From the NCBI GenBank assembly GCA_964215915.1, contig CAXPEB010000094.1, positions 535-64,534 of the forward strand: 64,000 nt of DNA, written 5' to 3'. The number at the start of each line of letters is the position of its first letter. Position 1 is the stretch's first letter. The notes under the pieces are model-generated. The model did not search any database. It saw only the letters and a program-made list of their open reading frames with translations, and was not told where the DNA came from. The position numbers and the translations under genes are program-made. Source of the DNA: Bacteroidia bacterium. Its GTDB lineage: Bacteria; Bacteroidota; Bacteroidia; UBA8524. This document shows positions 37,334-47,079 of this stretch, in pieces.

Positions 37334-37762
37334 ATGCGAATTCTGTTAGCCTGCATACTATTGGCGGGATTAAGTGCCTGCGGACTCAAAAGGGACAAAT
37401 GCGAATACACCTATGAGCTTAGCACCGGGCAAGCCGGTATTGTGGAAGCCATGGGAGGTAACAGCATGTACATGTTCCATCTCAGTGGAGGTCCATTAGA
37501 CAGCTGCCAGCTTCATATCAATTCGGAACCGGAGGGAGGTAATATTGATGTGATGATCATCAAACCCGGGGTGGTGCCGCAATGCATCGCTCTTTCCAAA
37601 GAGAACTGGAAACTCAACGAAAATAAGAATGAGGAAAAACGATCGGTAACCATGAACGCTTCCGTTTCCCTCACTTGTGAAGGCCACAACTATTGCTTTC
37701 TGGTAACTTATGATGGCAGTATGAACAAAACGCCGGGCATGCCTGCACCACAAGAACCCTGA
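37334..37762 (+). CDS. hypothetical lipoprotein
   Basis: MRILLACILLAGLSACG lipobox. I see no recognisable domain. Confidence 0.5.
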   Translation: MRILLACILLAGLSACGLKRDKCEYTYELSTGQAGIVEAMGGNSMYMFHLSGGPLDSCQLHINSEPEGGNIDVMIIKPGVVPQCIALSKENWKLNENKNEEKRSVTMNASVSLTCEGHNYCFLVTYDGSMNKTPGMPAPQEP

Positions 37763-37764
37763 AT

Positions 37765-38382
37765 TCAGCGTAACGTAACGATCAGCTCATAGATCAGGTA
37801 CAGCGCAATCCCGATAAATACCAGTCCGGTGATCCGGTTGATCCATACCAGTATCTTTTCATTCAGAAAACGTTTGATACGATGGGCCAGAATGGAGATC
37901 AGCACTTCACTGAAAAAGATGCTGCACAGGCAACCTGCAAAAAACCACAAGAGACGGGCATTATCGTATTCCCATTCGGTACGTGCCAGGGTTGCCAGTC
38001 CGGCCCAGAAGAGAAAATTCACCGGATTCAGGAAATTCAGCAGGAAACCGTTGGAAAAAAAATACAGGGCTTTACCGAAGCGGGAATCGGGATACGCAAT
38101 CACAGGCTTGCGGTTCATCAACAGATTGCTACCCAACACCCCGAGCAAGACTATAGCGCCGACGTGTATCCAGATACTTCCGGTACCCGGTTCCAGCACC
38201 TGCATCCCCAATATGGCCAGGGTAATAAAAATCAGGTCGGAGAGTACAACCCCCGCTGCGATCATCACTCCTTTGTTCCATCCGTTCTGTATGCTGTTCT
38301 GCACCAGCGAAAAGAAAACGGTGCCCAGCATCATGCTCATACCCATCCCGAAAAGGAGCCCCTTCAGCAACGCTGTGATCAT
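37765..38382 (-). CDS. LysE/RhtB-family amino-acid exporter
   Basis: About 205 aa with 5-6 TM segments. The N-terminus LLKGLLFGMGMSMMLGTVFFSLVQ is typical of the family. Confidence 0.75.
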   Translation of the reverse strand: MITALLKGLLFGMGMSMMLGTVFFSLVQNSIQNGWNKGVMIAAGVVLSDLIFITLAILGMQVLEPGTGSIWIHVGAIVLLGVLGSNLLMNRKPVIAYPDSRFGKALYFFSNGFLLNFLNPVNFLFWAGLATLARTEWEYDNARLLWFFAGCLCSIFFSEVLISILAHRIKRFLNEKILVWINRITGLVFIGIALYLIYELIVTLR

Positions 38383-38401
38383 GCGGCAAAATAAACATTT
38401 C

Positions 38402-38409
38402 TACCTTTG
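38402..38409 (+). promoter_or_regulatory. -7 promoter box TAccTTTG abutting the symporter start
   Basis: Exact TAnnTTTG match with 6 nt between its G and ATG 38416. The track's TTG start (38407) lies inside this box. Confidence 0.45.
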
Positions 38410-38415
38410 GAAGCG

Positions 38416-39762
38416 ATGTGGAGCGTGCTACTGATCTCCGCCTATCTTTTGCTCATGCTGATAGGCAGCTTCCGAAACAAAAGCCGGAACAACGAAGCGG
38501 AAGACTACCTGCTGGCTGGACGTAAGATTACCTTGCTTCCTTTTGTGGCCACGATGGTCACCACCGCCTACGGCTGGATACTGGGTATCGGGGAATTGTA
38601 TTACGATTACGGGATCAGCGCCTGGCTCTTTCTCAGCTTGCCGTATACCCTGTTCGGAGTGCTTATGGCCTTTTTCCTTTCGGCGCGGATCCGTAAAGAA
38701 CAGTTGCGTTCCATCCCCGAACTGCTGGCTCGCTATTATGGCCCCTGGTATGCGCGGATCGGTTCACTGGCCGTGCTTGTTCTGGTGAGCCCTGCCATGT
38801 ATGTATTGATGAGCGCCCAACTGCTGCGCGGAGTGTATGGATGGCCTATCCTTTCCTGTATCGCGCTGGCCCTGGTTTTTTCCTCCGTATACCTCTACCG
38901 GGGTGGCTTTGCCTCCATAGCCAGCAAAGACTCGGTGAAGTTCTTCTTCATGTTCGGAGGATTTCTTCTGGTATTGGCTTACCTGCTTACACAATACGGC
39001 ACGGAACCACTGGCAGGTTTACCTCCCCGGGCCACGCATTTCTCCTTTGAAGGAAATGCCTGGGAGATCGTTACCTGGTTTCTCCTTGCCAGTCTCGTCA
39101 TCGCTGACCCAGGTTACCACCAACGGATCTATGCCTCAGCCGATAGCCGCATTCCGCGCACCGGACTGCTGATCTCCATACTATGCTGGACGGTATTTGA
39201 TTTCCTGGCTGCAACCGTAGCTCTTTACGGATTGGCCCTTGTACCGGGGCTTGCCGACAGCTCACAGATCTATACGCAAATCGGGGAACTGTTGCCGGAA
39301 GGGTTGCAGGCCTTGTTTATCCTGGGTTTGCTGGCAACGGTTATGTCCACCACCGATAGCTTTCTGTTTCTTTCGGCGCAGTCGCTGATGATTGATCTGC
39401 TTGGCTTCCGGAATCATACGCAACGGAACATGAATATCGGCCTGGTACTGGTGAGCCTGTTTTGTTTCGTACTGTTGCTGCCTTACCGCAACGACTCGGC
39501 AGTAGTGTTCTTCTTTGATTTTACCCCCTGGGTTGCCTGTACCCTCGTAATGCCGGTTTTCGGTGCCTTGTTTCCGTCATTCCGACTCAGCCCTACCCAA
39601 AGCCTGATCCAATTGATATTTTCCCTAGCTGCCGGGATACTCTGGCAAAGCGGTTTTATTCCCAAAACAGGCGGGATAAGCCCAGTAGTACCGGGCATGT
39701 TGGTTTCCCTGTCTATACATATTGGCTTAATCGGTTACCGCCGACTAAGAGGTATCCGGTAA
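38416..39762 (+). CDS. sodium:solute symporter-family transporter
   Basis: Polytopic membrane protein. EDYLLAGRKITLLPFVATMVTTAYGW is typical of the SSF N-terminal region. Confidence 0.75.
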   Translation: MWSVLLISAYLLLMLIGSFRNKSRNNEAEDYLLAGRKITLLPFVATMVTTAYGWILGIGELYYDYGISAWLFLSLPYTLFGVLMAFFLSARIRKEQLRSIPELLARYYGPWYARIGSLAVLVLVSPAMYVLMSAQLLRGVYGWPILSCIALALVFSSVYLYRGGFASIASKDSVKFFFMFGGFLLVLAYLLTQYGTEPLAGLPPRATHFSFEGNAWEIVTWFLLASLVIADPGYHQRIYASADSRIPRTGLLISILCWTVFDFLAATVALYGLALVPGLADSSQIYTQIGELLPEGLQALFILGLLATVMSTTDSFLFLSAQSLMIDLLGFRNHTQRNMNIGLVLVSLFCFVLLLPYRNDSAVVFFFDFTPWVACTLVMPVFGALFPSFRLSPTQSLIQLIFSLAAGILWQSGFIPKTGGISPVVPGMLVSLSIHIGLIGYRRLRGIR

Positions 39763-39789
39763 ATGCAGAAATAGTTTGATATTTGTACC

Positions 39790-40164
39790 GTGGAATCGAA
39801 GAGACAGGAAAAATTTGCCCATTTAATCCAAAAAGACCTGGGTGAAATTTTTCAATCCCTGAGCCGGGACCTTTTCAGCGGAGCCTTTATTATGGTCACT
39901 GCGGTGAAAGTAAGTCCCGATCTGGGTGTGGTGAGGGCTTACCTGAGTCTGTATCAGGTAGCAAACAAGGAAGAGACTCTGGATTTGATCCGTTTTCACG
40001 GGAAAGATATCCGGAAACAATTGGCCGGTCGCCTGCGTCACCAGGTGCGAAAAATACCGGAACTGGAATTTTTTCTGGATGAAAGCCTGGATTATGCTCA
40101 GCATATGGATGAGGTATTCCGTAAATTGAATCAGGAACGAGGTCAGGAGAAGGACCCGAATTAA
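39790..40164 (+). CDS. rbfA: ribosome-binding factor A (GTG start)
   Basis: RQEKFAHLIQKDLGEIFQ...VTAVKVSPDLGVVRAYLS...LRHQVRKIPELEFFLDES. Confidence 0.9.
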   Translation: MESKRQEKFAHLIQKDLGEIFQSLSRDLFSGAFIMVTAVKVSPDLGVVRAYLSLYQVANKEETLDLIRFHGKDIRKQLAGRLRHQVRKIPELEFFLDESLDYAQHMDEVFRKLNQERGQEKDPN

Positions 40165-40165
40165 C

Positions 40166-40972
40166 ATGTACTACGATCCGGTCAAAGAAATGCTCGGCAG
40201 TGTTTTTTGCCGACACCCCTTGTTACGCCGACTCTTTTACAGGTTGCTGGATGCGATCATCCTGCGCACCTGGCACATGCACCGGGAGATAAAGATCTGG
40301 GCAAAAGAGCATAAAGATGCTACGCATATCCTGGATGCCGGTGCCGGTTTCGGTCAATACTCTTACTACCTCCATAAACTCAACCCGCATTACAGTATTC
40401 TGGGACTTGATCTCAAATCGGATCAGGTATGCCGCTGCAATAAATTCTACCGGGAAAGGAATATTCCCAATATCTATTTCAAAACCGGAGACCTCAATAC
40501 TTTTGAACGAGAGAAGGCCTTTGACCTGGTGCTTTGTGTGGATGTGATGGAATATATTGAGGACGACAACCAGGTCTTCCGCAATATCTTTCACAGCCTT
40601 AAAAACGGCGGCATTTTCCTTATGGCCGCCCCTTCCGACCGTAAAACCCTTTACCGCATCAACGAGTTCCGCTTCCCGGAAGAAGCAGAATTCATCCGTG
40701 AAGGCTACAACATGAGCGAATTGAAAGTACGCCTCAAAAAAATGGGTTACCGGAAAGTAAGAGCGCGGTATACCTACGGTAAACCCGGACAAATTTCCTG
40801 GCTGGTATCCATCAAATGGCCGGTCAGCGCATTGCGCAAAGCCCGCTTTCTGGTGGCATTCCTGCCCATCTATTTTCTGCTTATCTTTCCGCTTTGTCTG
40901 GTCCTGAACTTCATGGATACCCATATGGGGCACCTGACGGGGGCAGGCTTCATTCTCAAAGCCTATAAATGA
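40166..40972 (+). CDS. class I SAM-dependent methyltransferase with C-terminal membrane segments
   Basis: ILDAGAGFGQYSYYL (motif I), VLCVDVMEYI, and a hydrophobic C-terminus FLVAFLPIYFLLIFPLCLVL. Confidence 0.7.
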   Translation: MYYDPVKEMLGSVFCRHPLLRRLFYRLLDAIILRTWHMHREIKIWAKEHKDATHILDAGAGFGQYSYYLHKLNPHYSILGLDLKSDQVCRCNKFYRERNIPNIYFKTGDLNTFEREKAFDLVLCVDVMEYIEDDNQVFRNIFHSLKNGGIFLMAAPSDRKTLYRINEFRFPEEAEFIREGYNMSELKVRLKKMGYRKVRARYTYGKPGQISWLVSIKWPVSALRKARFLVAFLPIYFLLIFPLCLVLNFMDTHMGHLTGAGFILKAYK

Positions 40973-42195
40973 GATTAAGCGGATTTATAGCCCGGCGCTA
41001 CCTCTTCTCGAAAAGCAATCCCAACGCGATCAATATCATCAGTGCCATCTCGGTACTGGGATTCGCCGTAGGTGCCATGGCCCTGGTTACGGTCATGTCT
41101 GTCTTCAACGGGTTTGAATCGCTCGTGCAGTCGCTGTACACTTCTTTTGATCCGGATATCAAAGTGGAAGCCCGCCGCGGAAAGGTTTTCCATACCGACA
41201 GCATCCCACTGCAGCAAATCCGTAACCTGGAAGAGGTGGATCTTGTAGCTACCGTGCTGGAAGAGAACGTGGTGCTGCGCTATGACGAAAGGCAGGCCAT
41301 TGCGACTATGAAAGGAGTCAGCCCGGAATACATCCATGTAACCGACCTGGACAGCATGGTTTTCGACGGACAAATGCTCCTGGAAAGTGGCGACCGGAAT
41401 TTTGCAGTGGCCGGATTGGGGGTAGCAAACCGGTTGGGACTTTCCACTTATAATGACTTCACCCGGCTGGCTATTTACCTGCCCAGAAGGGGAGCACGCA
41501 TCTCCATGAACCCGGAAGAAGCCCTGAACCAGGCCTTTGTGTTGCCAAGCGGGGTATTCAGTATTGATGATGAGATCAATAACAAATATGTCCTGATTCC
41601 GCTTCGCCTTGCCAGGCAACTGATGGATTATACGGATGAAGTGTCGGCACTTGAGATTCGCCTCAAAGCCGGACAGGATGTCGAAGCCGCCATTGACAGG
41701 ATCCGGGAAATTCTGGGCCCGGACTATGTGGTCAAAAACCGGGAACAACAGCAGGAGATGCTCTACAAAGTGTTCCGCTCGGAAAAGTGGGCCACGGCTC
41801 TGATCATGGTCTTTATCCTGGTACTGCTCACCTTTACCGTAATATCCAGCCTGAGTATGCTGGTCATGGAAAAGCGTCAGGACATCCGAATCCTGCGCAG
41901 CATGGGGGCTAACAATGCGTTGATTCGTTCCATCTTCCTCCGGGAAGGTATGATGATCGCGGTTTCCGGAGGAATTGCCGGACTGCTCCTGGGTTTTGGG
42001 TTATGCTGGGCTCAACAGGAATTCGGGCTGGTGGGTTTCGGAGGCATGGGAACCTTCATCATACAGGCTTATCCTGTGGAAATGAAAACCAGTGATTTTC
42101 TGATCATCTTCCTGTTTATTGCCCTGCTGGGCCTGCTCACTGCCTGGCTTCCTGCCAGGAAGGCCACACGGGTAGATGCCGTAGCACGGGACTAA
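40969..42195 (+). CDS. FtsX-like ABC transporter permease (LolC/E family)
   Basis: MRLSGFIARRYLFSKSNPNAINIISAISVLGFAVGAMALV, a periplasmic MacB-like domain, and C-terminal FtsX TM segments. Confidence 0.8.
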   Translation: MRLSGFIARRYLFSKSNPNAINIISAISVLGFAVGAMALVTVMSVFNGFESLVQSLYTSFDPDIKVEARRGKVFHTDSIPLQQIRNLEEVDLVATVLEENVVLRYDERQAIATMKGVSPEYIHVTDLDSMVFDGQMLLESGDRNFAVAGLGVANRLGLSTYNDFTRLAIYLPRRGARISMNPEEALNQAFVLPSGVFSIDDEINNKYVLIPLRLARQLMDYTDEVSALEIRLKAGQDVEAAIDRIREILGPDYVVKNREQQQEMLYKVFRSEKWATALIMVFILVLLTFTVISSLSMLVMEKRQDIRILRSMGANNALIRSIFLREGMMIAVSGGIAGLLLGFGLCWAQQEFGLVGFGGMGTFIIQAYPVEMKTSDFLIIFLFIALLGLLTAWLPARKATRVDAVARD

Positions 42196-42818
42196 TCCGA
42201 TTCCCAGACACGACAGGGACTTCCTTCCCCGGATTCCATTTTCCAGCCGCGCTTTTTTGCTTTTTTCATGAGGTATTTGCGCAACAGCTTGGGATAAAAA
42301 AATCGGCTCCAGATAGCCAGACGCCCTCTTTCCCGGGTAACCCCGATGACCTGCAACAGATCGTAACTGGCCGCAGCACAGCGCATTCCCAAAAAGGCAT
42401 AGTCGTATGGTACTTCACAGGTATAAACCCTGCTCAGACTATCGAGCCGGTGATATTGTCCGCTGCTAACGGGTATCCGGATGCTCAGTCTTTTGACAGA
42501 AGCCGAATCACTGCCCCGGAAAGTCTCCCAGAAGGATTCCGGATCACGAATGGAAAAAGCACTCAGGCAATTCTTTTTGTGGCCGATATAGTGGAATCCA
42601 TTGCTCGGGGCAAAGTCGATAACCCGTGAACTATCCAGCTGAACGCCTACGTGCCCGCCGTGTATTCCACCGAACCATTTTCCACCTGAGGAGTCGCAAT
42701 CGGGAGAAGGACGCGATCCATAAATGAATAACACCCGGATATGGCAGGAATCCGCAGCATATGTCTGTGTCAACGAACCGAGAAAAATCAGAATCGGAAA
42801 AATGTATTTCATGATCAT
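42192..42818 (-). CDS. hypothetical secreted protein
   Basis: Start placed at MIMKYIFPILIFLGSLTQTYA (signal peptide). The longer track ORF would overlap pth and its promoter. I recognise no domain. Confidence 0.45.
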   Translation of the reverse strand: MIMKYIFPILIFLGSLTQTYAADSCHIRVLFIYGSRPSPDCDSSGGKWFGGIHGGHVGVQLDSSRVIDFAPSNGFHYIGHKKNCLSAFSIRDPESFWETFRGSDSASVKRLSIRIPVSSGQYHRLDSLSRVYTCEVPYDYAFLGMRCAAASYDLLQVIGVTRERGRLAIWSRFFYPKLLRKYLMKKAKKRGWKMESGEGSPCRVWESD

Positions 42819-42878
42819 GACAAACTTCCTTCCCAATGGAACGACGTAAAAAGAGGCCGTCGTGTGGCATCGGTTCTT

Positions 42879-42886
42879 TATTTTTG
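42879..42886 (+). promoter_or_regulatory. -7 promoter box TAttTTTG abutting the pth start
   Basis: Exact TAnnTTTG match with 5 nt between its G and ATG 42892. Confidence 0.45.
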
Positions 42887-42891
42887 CCCGC

Positions 42892-43449
42892 ATGAAATAC
42901 CTGATTGCCGGCTTGGGAAATGTAGGCGCCGAATACTCTGGCACCCGTCACAACATCGGGTTTGATGTGGTTAATGAACTGGCGCGCAGAATGGAAGTAA
43001 AGTTTGATGTCGGCAGGCTGGCCTATGTGGCGGAAGGTAAATTCAAAGGGCGTCAGCTTATCCTGATCAAGCCCACCACGTATATGAATCTCAGCGGCAA
43101 AGCCGTGAATTACTGGCTGAAGGAATCCAAACTGGGGCCTGAAAACCTGTTGGTGATTACGGATGACCTGGCCCTGCCTTTCGGTAAAATACGGATGAAA
43201 GGAAAAGGAAGTGACGGCGGTCATAACGGCCTTAAAGATATCAATGCCGTATTGGGTCATTCCAATTACCCGCGCCTTCGTTTTGGTATCGGCGATCGTT
43301 TCAGCCGTGGCCGTCAGATCGACTATGTACTTGGTCAATGGTCTGCGGAAGAACAGTCGGAACTGGAGGAAGCTATCGGTCGTGCCGCAGACGCCGCAGA
43401 AGCTTTCTGCAGTATCGGTCTGGAAAGGGCCATGAACTTCTTTAATTAA
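42892..43449 (+). CDS. pth: peptidyl-tRNA hydrolase
   Basis: MKYLIAGLGNVGAEYSGTRHNIGF...TYMNLSG...DDLALPFGKIRMKGKGSDGGHNGLK. Confidence 0.93.
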   Translation: MKYLIAGLGNVGAEYSGTRHNIGFDVVNELARRMEVKFDVGRLAYVAEGKFKGRQLILIKPTTYMNLSGKAVNYWLKESKLGPENLLVITDDLALPFGKIRMKGKGSDGGHNGLKDINAVLGHSNYPRLRFGIGDRFSRGRQIDYVLGQWSAEEQSELEEAIGRAADAAEAFCSIGLERAMNFFN

Positions 43450-43524
43450 GCCCCTCTCACCCTCCTAACCAATACTTTTAACGAACTTTTATTCGTTTAT
43501 TAACATTCGGCCAAATGCTTCCAT

Positions 43525-43532
43525 TACCTTTG
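43525..43532 (+). promoter_or_regulatory. -7 promoter box TAccTTTG abutting the TetR-family gene start
   Basis: Exact TAnnTTTG match with 7 nt between its G and ATG 43540. Confidence 0.45.
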
Positions 43533-43539
43533 TTTTGCA

Positions 43540-44115
43540 ATGCCACGGGTAAAAGACGATAAGAAGCTGGATGCCATTCATGAAGCTGCGCTCCGCCTGG
43601 TCATCCAGACCGGTTTTACCGGACTAAAAATGGCCGATGTGGCCAAAGCGGCAGGGGTGGCTACAGGTACTTTGTACATTTATTATCCGGGAAAAGAATC
43701 CCTGGTCAATGCCTTGTTCAAATCCATCAAAGGAGAAATGGTTTCGCTGTTTCAGGGGATCAGTATGGATGTGTATGATTATGCAGCGTTGTTCCGGGAT
43801 CTTTGGATGCGGTACTTTTCCTATTGCATGGAAAACCCGGAAAAGATGCTGTTTGCAGAACAGTTCCATTACAGCGGCATCGTAGACCCCGAACTCATTA
43901 AAATGGCCGATGAGGGAATGGCTGCCCTTGATCGCTTCCTGACCATCGGGCAAGAGCATGACCTGATCATCGGAGGCAATATCAAAGTATTGAAAGCCCA
44001 TCTGCAGGGATCCGTGCATGAAATCGTTCGCATGTTCTACCAAAGCCGGATCAAACCTGGAAAAGAGACCATGGAGAAATGTTACCTCATGGCCTGGAAC
44101 AGCATCAAGCGCTAA
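43540..44115 (+). CDS. TetR/AcrR-family transcriptional regulator
   Basis: The N-terminal HTH is IHEAALRLVIQTGFTGLKMADVAKAAGVATGTLYIYY. Confidence 0.85.
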   Translation: MPRVKDDKKLDAIHEAALRLVIQTGFTGLKMADVAKAAGVATGTLYIYYPGKESLVNALFKSIKGEMVSLFQGISMDVYDYAALFRDLWMRYFSYCMENPEKMLFAEQFHYSGIVDPELIKMADEGMAALDRFLTIGQEHDLIIGGNIKVLKAHLQGSVHEIVRMFYQSRIKPGKETMEKCYLMAWNSIKR

Positions 44116-44151
44116 ATTTTTTTACTCAAAAAACGAATAAATATTCATCTT

Positions 44152-44931
44152 ATGAAACGTACAGCACTGATAACAGGAGCCTCCTCAGGATTGGGGCTGG
44201 AGTTTGCCCGGGAATTTGCCCGCGACGGGCATAATGTGGTACTCAGCGCCCGGCGGAGAGAAGAAATGGAAACACTGGCCGACGAGTTGCGGTCGGCTTA
44301 TGGAGTACAGGTATGGGTAAAACCTGCGGACCTAAGCCGCATGGAGGAGATCGATCGTTTGTATGCTGAACTGAAAGAAGAAAACATCGCCATCGATTTT
44401 TTGGTGAATAATGCCGGATTCGGAGATTTTGCCCTGTTCCACGAAGCCAGCTGGGAGAAGCTGGAGCGCATGATGGATTTGAACATCAAAGCCCTTACAA
44501 AACTCTCCTACCTTTTTGTGAAGCCCATGGTAGAACGAGGTTTCGGGAAAATTCTGCAGGTAGCCTCCACCGCATCATTCCAACCCGGCCCCACCATGGC
44601 GGTATACTATGCCTCCAAGGCCTATGTACTGTCACTCGGCGAGGCCATGAGCAATGAGCTCAAAGGAAGCGGGGTACATGTTACCGTACTTTGTCCGGGT
44701 GCAACCGAATCGGGATTCCAGGGTACGGCAGATCTTAATAACAGCAGGCTGGTCAAAGGGAAAAAACTTCCCTCCGCTGCGGAAGTCGCCGCTTTCGGGT
44801 ATAAAAAAATGAAACAGAATCGCATGACGGTCATACATGGAATGCTCAACCGGATCATGGCCTTCTCCATCCGCCTGACTCCCCGTGCCTGGGTATTGCC
44901 CATCGTTCGCTACATGCAGAATGCAGTCTAA
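44152..44931 (+). CDS. short-chain dehydrogenase/reductase (SDR)
   Basis: ALITGASSGLGLEFA, NNAGFG and YYASKAY. Confidence 0.85.
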   Translation: MKRTALITGASSGLGLEFAREFARDGHNVVLSARRREEMETLADELRSAYGVQVWVKPADLSRMEEIDRLYAELKEENIAIDFLVNNAGFGDFALFHEASWEKLERMMDLNIKALTKLSYLFVKPMVERGFGKILQVASTASFQPGPTMAVYYASKAYVLSLGEAMSNELKGSGVHVTVLCPGATESGFQGTADLNNSRLVKGKKLPSAAEVAAFGYKKMKQNRMTVIHGMLNRIMAFSIRLTPRAWVLPIVRYMQNAV

Positions 44932-44947
44932 ATCGTAACTTGCAAAC

Positions 44948-45718
44948 ATGGCAGAATACAGGCTCGGTATCGCTCTCGGAGGCGGTGGGGCAAGGGGTTT
45001 CGCCCATCTAGGCGTGCTCCAGGCCTTAAAGGAAAAAAATGTGGAAGCCGACATATACAGCGGCACCAGTGCGGGAGCTATTGTCGGGGCATTGATCGCC
45101 GCCGGAAATGAGCCGGAGAAGATTTTCAAGGCCATGAAAAAAAATTCCATCCTTGATTTTGCCAAGCTTCATATTCCCGACCTCGGCCTGATGCGGCTTT
45201 CCAAACTACCCCGCTTTCTGAACGCACATATCCAGGCAGAAAAACTCGAAGACCTGAACAAACCCCTTATCGTAGCTGCAGCCGACATGCTAAAGGGGAA
45301 AGTAGCCTACTTCGATAAAGGTCCGCTGGTCGCCTGTATACAAGCCTCTGCTTCCATCCCGGTACTTTTTTCCCCGGTGGAAATAGACGGAAATGTCTAT
45401 GTAGACGGTGGACTCTTCGATAACCTGCCTTACAAACCCCTTGAAGAACGTTGTGAGATCGTACTGGCCGTCCATATCAGCCCGATACGCCCCGTCAATT
45501 CCATCGACAGCCTTTCCAAAATGATTGCCCGGACTTTCGAACTGAGTGTTAACGGGCATATCCGCGAAAACCGGGTAAGAAACCGGTACGTGATCGCACC
45601 GAAGGGCGTGGAGCGCTTTGACCTGCTTGACACCAAAGCCGCCGATGAGCTTTATAAGATCGGGTATGAACATGTGCGGGACATGGAAATCCCCGAAGAA
45701 TGGAAAAATCCTTCGTAA
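44948..45718 (+). CDS. patatin-like phospholipase
   Basis: GIALGGGGARGFAHLGVL (oxyanion Gly-rich loop), GTSAGAIVG (GxSxG) and VDGGLFDNLP (catalytic Asp). Confidence 0.85.
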   Translation: MAEYRLGIALGGGGARGFAHLGVLQALKEKNVEADIYSGTSAGAIVGALIAAGNEPEKIFKAMKKNSILDFAKLHIPDLGLMRLSKLPRFLNAHIQAEKLEDLNKPLIVAAADMLKGKVAYFDKGPLVACIQASASIPVLFSPVEIDGNVYVDGGLFDNLPYKPLEERCEIVLAVHISPIRPVNSIDSLSKMIARTFELSVNGHIRENRVRNRYVIAPKGVERFDLLDTKAADELYKIGYEHVRDMEIPEEWKNPS

Positions 45719-45784
45719 GTCGCGCGGACACTGGTTTTTTTACGTCATTTTCCCTACCTTAAACGACATAAATCTAGAAACAAC

Positions 45785-46078
45785 ATGAACAGAGAAGAAT
45801 TCCAGGCAATGGCCAAAAAACGTATCGATGAGATGTATGACACCATCGAAGAACTTGAAAAAAAACGCGACAATCTGAGCGAAACCGCCAAAAGTAAAGT
45901 CAATGAGCAACTGGAGAACCTGAAAGCCAAGCGCAGTGAGATGGCAGACCGCCTCGAAAAACTCAAAGGAGCCAGCGGCGATTCCTGGGAAGAGATCAAA
46001 AAAGCTTTCAATGAGAGCAGCGATTCTTTCAAAACCCATCTCGCCAATATAAAGGCCCGGTTCGCAGAAATGGACTAA
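45785..46078 (+). CDS. small charged coiled-coil protein, unknown function
   Basis: 97 aa, rich in K/E/D with a heptad-like pattern. Two overlapping antisense ORFs are L/F/S-rich and look like mirror artefacts. Confidence 0.45.
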   Translation: MNREEFQAMAKKRIDEMYDTIEELEKKRDNLSETAKSKVNEQLENLKAKRSEMADRLEKLKGASGDSWEEIKKAFNESSDSFKTHLANIKARFAEMD

Positions 46079-47079
46079 CCGCCTTTCAGCCGGATCACTT
46101 TACTTTTTTCTTCCGTTTCCATCCATTCCCGGGCGGGATCCGACAATGCCGTGATCCCTGCCCCTACATACACAAAATAGCGTTCGCGGAGAATTTGCAT
46201 ACAACGCAGGTTCACGAAAAATGCTGTTTTATCCTTATAGCTTGGCCCAATGAAACCGGCATAATAGCTTCGGTCAAACCCCTCTTCCCGGTCAATCCAC
46301 CGGATAGCCTCCTGTTTGGGAAGCCCGGCTACGGCGGGAGTCGGGTGAAGCATGAGGGCCAACTTCATCACATCCATCCCCTCTTCCAGGTTCATTTCCA
46401 CCCGGTTAAAAAGATGGGTCAGGTGACCGGACTGCACGCGGTTTTTTTCCGATACCAAAAGGTCCCTGCACACCGGATCCAAAGTTTCCCTCAGATAGTC
46501 CAGCACAAATTCCTGCTCCTGCAATTCCTTTTCTCCGAAATCAGTGTCAGAGACCTGGGTACCTGCCAGTGCAACGGTTTCGGCCTTATTCCCTTCCTTG
46601 CGGAGTAACAGTTCCGGACTTGCCCCCAGCCAGATTCCCGTAGAAGGGGCATACCAGAGGTAGCAAAAGGCATTTTCGTAACGTTCGCAAAGCTGCTCGA
46701 AATGGGCCATGGCATCGTGGATGGGTTCTGTTTCCATAGCCCGTGCCGCCACCAGTTTGCTGAATTTCCCCGACTGAATAGCCTCAATCTCCCGATCAAC
46801 CAGCTTCATGTAAGTCGCCTTGTCAGCCAACTTGGGGAACCCGGCCACAGAAGTGAAGCCAACGGAACTGCCTTCTTCCTCACTCAGAAACCAGATAGGG
46901 TGAATATCCGTATCAAAAGGAGCGAAGACAAAACCTTCGCTTCCCGACTGCCCCGGATTCCAGGTTTCAGGCTTCTTTGGTCCAATGGCCTTCAATGTGC
47001 CCTCCGGTTCCCGCCATACGGCAAGCGCCTTGGAATCCCGGATAGCCTCTTCCAGAAGCTTATGATAATCCGAGCGCAT
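46075..47079 (-). CDS. menF: isochorismate synthase (menaquinone pathway)
   Basis: Chorismate-binding C-terminal signature: LHPTPAVAGLP...YAGFIG...NLRCMQI...YVGAGITALSDPAREWMETEEK. Confidence 0.8.
   Translation of the reverse strand: MRSDYHKLLEEAIRDSKALAVWREPEGTLKAIGPKKPETWNPGQSGSEGFVFAPFDTDIHPIWFLSEEEGSSVGFTSVAGFPKLADKATYMKLVDREIEAIQSGKFSKLVAARAMETEPIHDAMAHFEQLCERYENAFCYLWYAPSTGIWLGASPELLLRKEGNKAETVALAGTQVSDTDFGEKELQEQEFVLDYLRETLDPVCRDLLVSEKNRVQSGHLTHLFNRVEMNLEEGMDVMKLALMLHPTPAVAGLPKQEAIRWIDREEGFDRSYYAGFIGPSYKDKTAFFVNLRCMQILRERYFVYVGAGITALSDPAREWMETEEKSKVIRLKGG

Noticed and set aside
40223-41748. Two long minus-strand ORFs (236 aa and 257 aa)
   Set aside because: They are antisense to the methyltransferase and the FtsX-like permease, both of which have clear family motifs. 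The antisense products have none.
42631-43338. 235-aa minus-strand ORF across pth
   Set aside because: It is antisense to a canonical peptidyl-tRNA hydrolase and would also run through the pth promoter box. I recognise no domain.
44948-45718. Patatin-like phospholipase considered as a CBASS-type effector
   Set aside because: No cyclic-oligonucleotide synthase or sensor domain is nearby. It follows a TetR regulator and an SDR on the same strand, which fits lipid metabolism.
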